A stretch of DNA of 64,000 bases from Polyangiaceae bacterium. GTDB lineage: Bacteria; Myxococcota_A; Polyangia; Polyangiales; Polyangiaceae. A program made the translations under genes and the position numbers. Location of the stretch: positions 175,350 to 239,349 of the forward strand of contig JBNKBE010000003.1 of assembly GCA_050287085.1 (NCBI GenBank), read 5' to 3'. The notes beneath the pieces are model-generated. The model did not search any database, had not been told where the DNA came from, and saw only the letters and a list, made by a program, of their open reading frames with translations. This document shows, in pieces, positions 42,231 to 50,547 of the stretch (position 1 is its first letter; every line of letters starts with the position of its first letter).

Positions 42231-43850
42231 TCAGAGTTGCGCCGTCGTATTCAGTCGTTCACGAAATGTGACTAGCCAATCTTCCATCGCAATAGGCACC
42301 CCCAGCGGCCGCATACCAGAGCCGAAGTCCACCGAGAAGGGAGCCACGAGTCGCGGTGCGCCGACGACGTGAATGGGAACGTCCCAACTATCACTTCCGG
42401 TTGCTTCATGAACGGGACTGTGGTCACCCAAAACCACTACTAGCGCATCACTGCCCACGAAGCGCGCGATGAACTGGAAGACCACTTCCAAATCATAGCG
42501 AATGGCTGCCTCGTAGGCGACATCGGCATGGGCAAGGTCAGACCACCTAATCGGGAAAACGCGAGCCGGATGCTGCCGATAGCTTGAACCGCAGGCCACT
42601 TCCTCCCAGGGCAGGACGGGCGGAACCTGACGCCATGGCACATGGCTGGTCACCAGCTTCATTTCGACATAGAGCGGTCGCTCGCTGCGGTGAATCTTTC
42701 GTCTCACCTGGTCAAGGACGTATTGATCGGGAAGTCTACCCCACCCCAGCTCCGGTCCACAGTAGTCGAAATCGTGCGCGGTCCAGGTATGCTCGAAGTC
42801 GTAAAAGCGTCCTTCTGGCCAAGGTCCTCTTGTACCCGGAAGCACGTTGAATGTCTCGTAACCGCTATGTCGCAGCCAACGACTCAAGGAATGGGCTTGG
42901 CTGCGCAGCAAGAGAGAGTACTCGATAGGTGTTGTCGTCCGAATTCCGGTGGCGAAGGTGGCATGGCAGAACCATGAGCCGCCGCCGAACGTTGGAGCCG
43001 TAAGAAAGCCGCTACGAACCGCAAGGCCTCGCTGCTCTAGGCGGGCTTGTAGCGCCGCAAGAAGCTCGGACAGGCGTGGGACTCCAGCCTCCGATTCGAG
43101 CGCACCACGCCCGTAGGACTCGATGAAGATCACGTAGATGTCGGCACCCGCGAGCGCCGCAGGGCCCGGCCACTCTCCTCCCGCGTGTCGCTTCAGCTGC
43201 GTCGCCAACTCGAACTCGAGTTTCGGCAGCTCGCGCGCAAAACGCACTTCTTCGACCAATCGCGCGGCCATACCGCGGGTGGGACTGGTGGCCACCCACA
43301 AGATGAGCCCTGCGGCAAAGGCCGAGACGATAACCCCTTGCCAGCGAGCTGCGGGCCGTCCCCATGCGCCTCTCAACAAACACGCGAGGACTCGGCCTAA
43401 GCCCCATCCCCACAGCCCCAAGCCGACAAGCAGTAACCCTCCCCAAGAAGCGACGGCCCCCGGCCCCTCGGTGTTGATCATCAAGCGCACCCACTCCGGC
43501 AGCAGCGGCGCATCGAGCACTACCCGAAATGGTCGATGATAGTAGTGGTAGAAACCGTTGTCGACGGCTCGGCCGAGCGCTAGCAGCGGAGTTACGAACG
43601 CAACGGTCCTGGCCAGGCCAAGAGCCGCTGCCTGCGGCAAGGCAAGCAGCAGTGCGACCACCAGCGCCGACAATGCCCCCAGGAGCCAGCCCCCATCCGT
43701 GAGCCGAGCGCCTGGGAGCGGATGATCGACCATGGCTCCCAAAGCCACGGCACCCCCAAGCGCCAACAAGCCGCTCGGAGTGCTCCTGAACCCTGAAGCC
43801 CACGAACGCCGCAGCGCCGATAGGAGCCGTGAGCCGGAGCGGCTACTCAA
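42231..43850 (-). CDS. Membrane-bound alkaline-phosphatase-superfamily (sulfatase/LtaS-like) protein
   Basis: Several N-terminal TMs; IFIESYG, PTFGGGSW..H, SHVPW, LGDH..., VPIH. Confidence 0.8.
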   Translation of the reverse strand: MSSRSGSRLLSALRRSWASGFRSTPSGLLALGGAVALGAMVDHPLPGARLTDGGWLLGALSALVVALLLALPQAAALGLARTVAFVTPLLALGRAVDNGFYHYYHRPFRVVLDAPLLPEWVRLMINTEGPGAVASWGGLLLVGLGLWGWGLGRVLACLLRGAWGRPAARWQGVIVSAFAAGLILWVATSPTRGMAARLVEEVRFARELPKLEFELATQLKRHAGGEWPGPAALAGADIYVIFIESYGRGALESEAGVPRLSELLAALQARLEQRGLAVRSGFLTAPTFGGGSWFCHATFATGIRTTTPIEYSLLLRSQAHSLSRWLRHSGYETFNVLPGTRGPWPEGRFYDFEHTWTAHDFDYCGPELGWGRLPDQYVLDQVRRKIHRSERPLYVEMKLVTSHVPWRQVPPVLPWEEVACGSSYRQHPARVFPIRWSDLAHADVAYEAAIRYDLEVVFQFIARFVGSDALVVVLGDHSPVHEATGSDSWDVPIHVVGAPRLVAPFSVDFGSGMRPLGVPIAMEDWLVTFRERLNTTAQL

Positions 43851-45939
43851 GGGTCACGGTGAAAGAGCTCTGAAGGCGAACGCCGTCCAGCTCGGCGGCT
43901 ATCGTCGTCTCTCCGGCCTGATGTCCCTGCGCAAGTCCGCTTTCGTCGATCGTCACAATGGCGGGATCTGCGCTGGACCAAGCGACAAGCGTAGTGACGT
44001 CGACCGGGTCGTCGCTGTCGGTGTAGTAGCCAAGTGCTCTAAGCTGCGTAGCGCCATTGATGCCTTGAGCGCTTGGGGCATCCGGGACCGCGGCTACGGT
44101 CAGCGCGATCAACGCCGGTTCTGTTACGGTGATCTGCACGGACGCCTCGCGCCCTTGGTAGACCACCGTGGCTTCCGCTTCACCGGGCCCCACTGCGACA
44201 AGCTGCCCATCGACGATCGTCAGAACCTCCGGGTTGGACGAAGTCCACGTTTGGCCACCTTCCACGGGCGCCGACGAATCATCTCGATAGTGCCCCGTGA
44301 CCCCGACATCGAGCGCACACCCCTCGGGTAGATTCACTTCTGTGCCGGTTGAACTGGCCAGGGCCTTCTGACACGGATCGGTGGGCTTGCCGAGGCTCGC
44401 AGGCAGCGCTCGCTGATGTTCCGCACGGAAGCTTGCGATTTGCAGCTGCACCGGGGGCCCAAGCGCGACCTCGACGTCAAACTCCACCTCACGACTGCCC
44501 ACGTGGGCGATGATCGTCACCGTTCCAGGGGCAACGCCTGTGACCACACCATTGTTGTCAACGGTGGCCACTTTCGGATCTGAAGAGGTCCACTTGATTG
44601 CCGCGCTGCTAAGCGGCTCTCCGCTCGGCAGTCCCGCGTCGCTCAGCGACGGCGGCGCGAGCCCACTGTCGAGCACGTCAGCGAGATAGACCTTGAGCTG
44701 AAGTTCTTCCCCGAGGTTGACAACTGGCTCTCCGCTTTCGCTCGCTACGTAGGGCTCTTTGCCCGGTGGCAAAGACACCGCGCCACCATCGATGCCCGCG
44801 CCTTGAATAGTGGAAGCGTCTCCCGCGTCGGCCCCGATTCGAATGGGCTCTGGAATGTCTTCCCCCAGCTTAATGGTCGGGATCTGACCCTTGATCTCGT
44901 TCCAGGGACCGCAGGTTGGTACTCCGGGCGTCTTGGTTTCACATTCGTCCGAAACGCGAACGCCTAGAAAGCGACGCGCGTTATCCTCAACACATACCCC
45001 TTCCGGGAGCTGCGCCCGAAGCTGAACTCCGCTGCCCATGTTGTCCTGGCTCAGCGCACGCCAACCATTGAACTCACTCTGGTCCAGCGGAACGTAACAC
45101 CCCAATTCGCCACAGATGCCGTCGGAATCCGGAGGAGCGCCGACGGTCAGTCCGAAGTTCGCCTCACGGCCCTTCCTGAGATTTAGCGTAACGCGGCATT
45201 TGGCGTCCGGAAGAACGTTGTAGCCGCCGTCAAAGCACTGCTCGGTAGGAAAACAGACGGCAACGTCATCCTTCAGGTCTTCCCCGCCGCCGAAAACCTC
45301 CCGCGGCTCGTAGTCAGGGAGGTCTTTCTCTTTGATCGTCGCGGGCTGACAGACACCCGCACGGCAGGTCTGGGGATTGTCGTCGGCATCGTTCGGACAA
45401 CTGGAATCAATGAAGTCCCCATCCGCCCGGAAGTAGCCGTCACACAACCATTCGATCGGAACCCGCAACGTCGCGGCGCGGGTCTTCGGCAGAGTCGTGA
45501 TCACCTTCGTGAAGATCCGAGTCTCATCGGGCTGATTCTTCGAATGACGGATGCCTCGAACCCGTACCTCTACGGTGGGCTGCCTACCGTTCGCGTTAAT
45601 GATGGCAAACGTACTCGGCAGCGGGTTTGGACCATCAGGAGCCATGTCGTAGGTCTCATCGTGCCGGACATTGCCCCCAGGGTTATTCTTCTTCTTGTTG
45701 CTGCTGTCGGCGAGTTCGACGACCTGCAGATGCACCCTTGAGACGTCCTTCGGTAGACTCATATCGGTCTGCAGCACCACCATCAACCGCCCGCTGGGAG
45801 GCAGGTCGTCTTTCTTGCACGCCGTAATCACCACGACGAGCGCGCCGAACAAGGCCAAGAGCGAGATGGGCTTGCGCCTCAGCCCGAGGGAGAGAATCTG
45901 CCCGAAGAGGTCTGGAATTCTAGATAACATACTCATCAA
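43843..45939 (-). CDS. Cys-rich lipoprotein with three C-terminal Ig-like (Big_2) domains
   Basis: Lipobox ITAC; LMVVLQTDM; WTSSDPKVATVD, WTSSNPEV and WSSADPAIVTID repeats. Confidence 0.82.
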   Translation of the reverse strand: MMSMLSRIPDLFGQILSLGLRRKPISLLALFGALVVVITACKKDDLPPSGRLMVVLQTDMSLPKDVSRVHLQVVELADSSNKKKNNPGGNVRHDETYDMAPDGPNPLPSTFAIINANGRQPTVEVRVRGIRHSKNQPDETRIFTKVITTLPKTRAATLRVPIEWLCDGYFRADGDFIDSSCPNDADDNPQTCRAGVCQPATIKEKDLPDYEPREVFGGGEDLKDDVAVCFPTEQCFDGGYNVLPDAKCRVTLNLRKGREANFGLTVGAPPDSDGICGELGCYVPLDQSEFNGWRALSQDNMGSGVQLRAQLPEGVCVEDNARRFLGVRVSDECETKTPGVPTCGPWNEIKGQIPTIKLGEDIPEPIRIGADAGDASTIQGAGIDGGAVSLPPGKEPYVASESGEPVVNLGEELQLKVYLADVLDSGLAPPSLSDAGLPSGEPLSSAAIKWTSSDPKVATVDNNGVVTGVAPGTVTIIAHVGSREVEFDVEVALGPPVQLQIASFRAEHQRALPASLGKPTDPCQKALASSTGTEVNLPEGCALDVGVTGHYRDDSSAPVEGGQTWTSSNPEVLTIVDGQLVAVGPGEAEATVVYQGREASVQITVTEPALIALTVAAVPDAPSAQGINGATQLRALGYYTDSDDPVDVTTLVAWSSADPAIVTIDESGLAQGHQAGETTIAAELDGVRLQSSFTVTLE

Positions 45940-47018
45940 AACCCCAACCTAAGCTCCAAAGTACCAAGAGTCCCCTGGGGCCCTTCAGCAGGCTGGGGAT
46001 CCTTCTGATTTAGCAAGAAATAGCCGCCCGCTGCGGCGCCCCCCAAAACGAGAGCGCCCGCCGCCACCCACAACCAAGTGCTGCTGCTGGAGCGCTCGGC
46101 ATGAGGCGGGGCCGAGACGCGTTCCGACTCAAGCTCAACTCGCAGGGTTGTGTTTTGCCCGTCTTGGACGACGGTTTCCGTCTTGTACGGCACTCGGCCC
46201 GGCGCGGTAACCTCAATGCTATGCGGCCCGCTGGGCAGCAGCCCTTCCCAGGCACCGCTCGTTACGGGCTTGCCGTCGACGAGTACCGTCGCATCCGCTG
46301 ATGATACGATGCGTAGCCGCCCTTCATGAACGTCCGGCGCCAACGTGATGGCCAGATTGGTGTCGCCCGTGACCTTGAGGGCTTCCTCGTGCGCAACATA
46401 ACCAGGCTTCCGAACCACCACCATGCGATCGCCAATGTCCACCCGCAGAGGCCCCGCAAGGGGTGTAGTTCCCGCTTCAACCCCGTCCACGAATACGCTC
46501 GCCCCGGGTTGATCGACGGTGACGGCTAGGTCTGCGATGAAGGCATCAATGGTCTGCAGCAGCGTCTCGGCCTTGCTCTGATCGTCGGCGCTAAGATTCC
46601 GCGTTTCGGCCAGGTAACGCTTAACAAGGCGCTCCACCTCGGCGTACTGGCGTTCTCCTTTGCGGGCCGCAGCGACGTTCCAAAGCAGCCGCGGGTCCTT
46701 TGACTGGGCGTAGGCCTGTTGGAACTTGAGAGCGGCTCCCGCGTAATCCCCGTCGGTGTAGAGAATGCGAGCAGCGTCGTAGTCAGCCTTGGCAGCACCC
46801 GTCAGCTCCTCCGCAAGGCTCTGTGCTCTGGCCTCGGTGACGCGGAACGAAAGCACCATCAGGGCAATCAGCCAAGCGCCGCGATGGCCTGCGCTCCGGG
46901 GCCTCCAGCCGCCAGCGCTAGGGCTCGAAGCAGAATGACGCGCCACGCCCAGGAGAGGCGTCGCACCCGATGGCCCGACGTTGAGTTGAGAAGTTCGCCG
47001 AAAGGGAGGGTAAGTCAT
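45936..47018 (-). CDS. TPR + two PEGA domain protein
   Basis: GDYAGAALKFQQAY, DPRLLWN, PGASVFVDG..GTTPL, VLVDG...GPHSIEV. Confidence 0.85.
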   Translation of the reverse strand: MTYPPFRRTSQLNVGPSGATPLLGVARHSASSPSAGGWRPRSAGHRGAWLIALMVLSFRVTEARAQSLAEELTGAAKADYDAARILYTDGDYAGAALKFQQAYAQSKDPRLLWNVAAARKGERQYAEVERLVKRYLAETRNLSADDQSKAETLLQTIDAFIADLAVTVDQPGASVFVDGVEAGTTPLAGPLRVDIGDRMVVVRKPGYVAHEEALKVTGDTNLAITLAPDVHEGRLRIVSSADATVLVDGKPVTSGAWEGLLPSGPHSIEVTAPGRVPYKTETVVQDGQNTTLRVELESERVSAPPHAERSSSSTWLWVAAGALVLGGAAAGGYFLLNQKDPQPAEGPQGTLGTLELRLGF

Positions 47019-47080
47019 GATTGCGAATACTTTGATCAGTTCACCACCGGCAAGCGAAGAGCAGCAGACGAGCGTCTCGA

Positions 47081-48784
47081 CTACTTGATCTCCATATCGA
47101 GAGGATTGGCCGCCCTCGGTGGTGTGGGATAGACGCGAGGTTTCGCGGGGGGACGCGAAGGCTGGGGTCGTTGAGGACGAAGCGAGGGGGGAAATCTAGC
47201 GGAGGACTGTTCCGCGGCGGATGAGCTGGTAGCAGGCACTGGAGTATCAGGCGCATCCCCAGGAGCAACGTCCCCCCCAGCCCCAATCGAAGCGCTTCCT
47301 GCCGGCGCGGGTGGCTCCGGGGGCGTAGTGCCATCAAGTCCTTCAGAGGGCGCGGCTCCGGTGGGCACGACCGTGGCCACAACACTCGAAGCCGCCCCGG
47401 CCGATGGGGTCGCAGCGACTGGGGCGGCCCGCTCGGGCGCAGAGCCCGTTGCCGCAGAGCCCGTTGCCGCAGAGCCCGGCGGCTCGCCAGCAAGCGGCTC
47501 GGTGTCGCCCCCCAGAATCAGGAATGCCCCGCCCGCACCCGCGACTCCCGCTAGCGCCAGTGCCAGCGCGAGCCTGCGACCACTACCACCACGCCGGTCC
47601 GAGCCGCTGTGAGTGCCAGCCCAAGTCCCCGCCGTTTCGTCGCGGCCGCGCGAAGTCGACGACGCTGGTGCAACCGACGACCCGGCGCCAACGGACACCG
47701 CACTCGAGCTCCGCTGGCCCCCCACGGCCGCTTCGCCGCGAGAATGAGCAGCGTGGCCGGTGCCCTCCCCCGACTGGAACGCTGAGCTCCCCGCTGCGGC
47801 TCCAGGCGCCGCCCCCACTGCCGAGGGTGCGGGCGGTACCCAAGAGTTCCGCGGCGGCGGGAGCCCGGAAACTCGAGTTAGACGCTCCAGGTTGTACTGC
47901 GACCGAGCCGGCGCCCACGGCGCCAACGCCGATGCGAACTCCGCCATGGATTGATAGCGCGCGGCCGGATCCTTGTCGAGGCAACGCAGAATCACCCGCT
48001 CCAGCTCCTCGTCCACGTCGGGGCGTAACGAACGCAATGGCGGAGGGCCGTCGCGCATGATCGCCGTCATCAGAAGCGGAAGACTCTCCGCGTCAAACGC
48101 AGGCCGGGCTGCCAGCAACTCGTAGAGAATGGTGCCAAGCGACCAGATGTCCGTCCGATGATCGACGTCGCGGGCGGAGCGCAGCTGCTCCGGCGACATA
48201 TACGCCGGTGACCCCATCAGTACCGATGGATTCGTGAGCGCCGCGGCCGAAGGCTCTGGCTCGTTCCACTTCGAGATGCCGAAATCCAACACCTTGACGA
48301 GCGGTGTGCCGTCGCGCCGGTAGGTGAGGAATAGATTCGCTGGCTTCAAATCGCGATGCACAATGCCCATGGCGTGGGCCTCGAGCATGGCTGAGCACGT
48401 CTGAATCACGTAGTCGACGGCGTCGGGGATCTGGAACGGCACCCCCTCACCGCAGTCACTCAGGTCCTGACCGTCGAGATACTCCATCACCATGTATGGA
48501 GTGCCGTCGTCCAGGTTGCCGACGTCGAGCACCTTTGCGACGTGCTCACTCTCAATCTTGACCACCGCACGCGCCTCGCGCAGGAAGCGAGCCGATATCT
48601 CCGGGTTTTCAGAAATGGCGGCGTGGACGAACTTGACGGCCACCAGACGTTCGAGCTCGAGATGGTTGGCGGAAAATACCATGCCCATCCCACCGGCGCC
48701 CAACAAGCGCTCCAGCCGGTACTTGCCGGCGACAACGTCGCCGACTTGAGGATCGAGTCCGGAGGAGGGAGTATGCTGGGTCAT
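47081..48784 (-). CDS. Membrane Ser/Thr protein kinase
   Basis: LGAGGMGMV, VAVK, HRDLKPAN, DFG, GSPAYMSPE; TM and Pro/Ala-rich tail. Confidence 0.96.
   Translation of the reverse strand: MTQHTPSSGLDPQVGDVVAGKYRLERLLGAGGMGMVFSANHLELERLVAVKFVHAAISENPEISARFLREARAVVKIESEHVAKVLDVGNLDDGTPYMVMEYLDGQDLSDCGEGVPFQIPDAVDYVIQTCSAMLEAHAMGIVHRDLKPANLFLTYRRDGTPLVKVLDFGISKWNEPEPSAAALTNPSVLMGSPAYMSPEQLRSARDVDHRTDIWSLGTILYELLAARPAFDAESLPLLMTAIMRDGPPPLRSLRPDVDEELERVILRCLDKDPAARYQSMAEFASALAPWAPARSQYNLERLTRVSGLPPPRNSWVPPAPSAVGAAPGAAAGSSAFQSGEGTGHAAHSRGEAAVGGQRSSSAVSVGAGSSVAPASSTSRGRDETAGTWAGTHSGSDRRGGSGRRLALALALAGVAGAGGAFLILGGDTEPLAGEPPGSAATGSAATGSAPERAAPVAATPSAGAASSVVATVVPTGAAPSEGLDGTTPPEPPAPAGSASIGAGGDVAPGDAPDTPVPATSSSAAEQSSARFPPSLRPQRPQPSRPPAKPRVYPTPPRAANPLDMEIK
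47438..47478. repeat. In-frame 15-bp tandem repeat (GSAAT) in the kinase tail
   Basis: CGCAGAGCCCGTTGC x2 plus an 11-bp partial copy. Confidence 0.9.
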
Positions 48785-48849
48785 GACCGAAGCGTGAGGA
48801 GCTTAGCAGATTTGACCGCCGGCGCGGGTGCGAAGGCCGAAGGTTCGAG

Positions 48850-50124
48850 CTACCGGCCAATACTCTCAAGAAATCTCCCAGCTGTCTCGGTTTCCGTAGG
48901 AGTTGCCTCGCAACGGAGCGGTTCGATTGAACCGGGAGCAGACTGCGGTTGCAATGCTGGGAAGTGCGCCCGAAGCGTCGAGAGCGCGTCGAGCGATAAG
49001 CGCCCGGCCTCGAGCCAAGCTTGGAGCGCCGGCTCGCTTGCGAGCGCTCGCCCTACGCGCAGGAACGCCGGTAGATACGTAAACTCGCGCCCTAATCCTC
49101 CCCCACGAAACGCGCGAAGGGCCACTTGAATCGCCTCCCGAGGCTCATAGTCCCGAGCGCGCAAGGTGCTGATGACATCCGCGAAGGTCGCTCCCGAGAA
49201 GAGCTGCTGCGCCGCCAGATGGCGCGCGCCGAGCTCGCGTCGGCGCCTGCGGCCGAGCAGTCCTGCTCGCGCTTCGTAGTACAGAGCGAGCCCCTCCTGC
49301 TCGTCGTTGCCCCCTCGAGACCCCGCGGCAAAAAGGCCGAGCGCCTGATAGCCAGCTCGGTGGCGGGGAAGCACATGGCCCCAAAACTCATGTACCGCGA
49401 CGCGGAGCGCTTCCTGGCGCGGCGCGACGCGATCGGCGGCCACGTAAACGACCCCCTGACCGGTAGCGGCCATCGCACTCAAGTCGTCGGTCACGACAAC
49501 TCGAAACGGGAGCCTCGCGCTCCCGATCCACCTCTGAAGCAGGGAAACCACGCTGGCTGGCTCCGCGGGCTCGTCGATGGCCACCGGTGGCTCTGATTCT
49601 GAACAGGCCCCCGCATCCCGAGTCCAATGCTCGGCCAGCTCCGACGCCTGGCCAAGCTCTCGCCCCTGAGCTGCAAAACGACGCTTAGCGAGACCGCAAA
49701 AAGCCCGGCCGCCAATGGCTCGCACGAGCTCGAGCTCGAGTTGGAGCTCCCGTATCCGGGCAGCGTAGAGCGACTCGAGGACAGCGCTTTCGTCCAGGCG
49801 CAACAAGGCGCCGGCGAGGTCAGCGGCCAGCCCGCCGAAAGATGGCCGGGGCCGATAGGTCAACTCCGGCACCAGCGAGCGCCCCAGCCTGGCCCGCTCG
49901 CTCAAGCGCATCCGCTCTGCCTCCAGATTCAACGGCTGACAACGGGCAAGAAGACCGATCTGCCGCTCCGCCGCAAGGATTAGCCGATCGAAGGGTGTGA
50001 GGGATGAAAAGGCCAAAGTGTAGAAGCTCGGCTCCAATAGGTGAGAGCCTAGGGGCACGAGGGCGTCAATAACAGCGTTTCGCGCCTGTACCAGAACGGC
50101 TCGTTCGCCTTGACCGCAGGGCAC
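48850..50124 (-). CDS. DUF1704 / QEGLA-motif metallopeptidase-like protein
   Basis: HEFWGH (HExxxH) and EQEGLA, then RAFRGGG...Y. Start uncertain. Confidence 0.82.
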   Translation of the reverse strand: MPCGQGERAVLVQARNAVIDALVPLGSHLLEPSFYTLAFSSLTPFDRLILAAERQIGLLARCQPLNLEAERMRLSERARLGRSLVPELTYRPRPSFGGLAADLAGALLRLDESAVLESLYAARIRELQLELELVRAIGGRAFCGLAKRRFAAQGRELGQASELAEHWTRDAGACSESEPPVAIDEPAEPASVVSLLQRWIGSARLPFRVVVTDDLSAMAATGQGVVYVAADRVAPRQEALRVAVHEFWGHVLPRHRAGYQALGLFAAGSRGGNDEQEGLALYYEARAGLLGRRRRRELGARHLAAQQLFSGATFADVISTLRARDYEPREAIQVALRAFRGGGLGREFTYLPAFLRVGRALASEPALQAWLEAGRLSLDALSTLRAHFPALQPQSAPGSIEPLRCEATPTETETAGRFLESIGR

Positions 50125-50547
50125 ACTCCGCGCTGTCTAGACGGACCAACTGCACCCTCTTCACACGCCCCCATGGCCGTAGTCAGCGGAATTTTCGACA
50201 GGCGCCAGGCTCGCTGAACCGAAGTAGTAGGCCGTGGCACCGCGAGCGCGCAAATCCGCACAGACCAACCCCGCTGGGCCATCACCCTTGCTAGCATCCG
50301 GCGCGCTTGACGCAAGAGCCGATCCGACCTACCGCGGGCCGAAACACCGGGCAAGCTGGCGAACTACAATCTGCCGCCTGCCAAGGCCTACGCCATTGCA
50401 TACAGGGGCAGCACCTGGCTGGGCGACGCAAGCGAAAGCGCCGTCCGCGTTCTTTCTCTGAATCAGTCTCTCACAGGCCGCCCCTCGGGCGGCCCACGCC
50501 TTTGCGCGTGATTGCCAGCGCGTGGAGCAACGCGGTAGACTCAGGAC

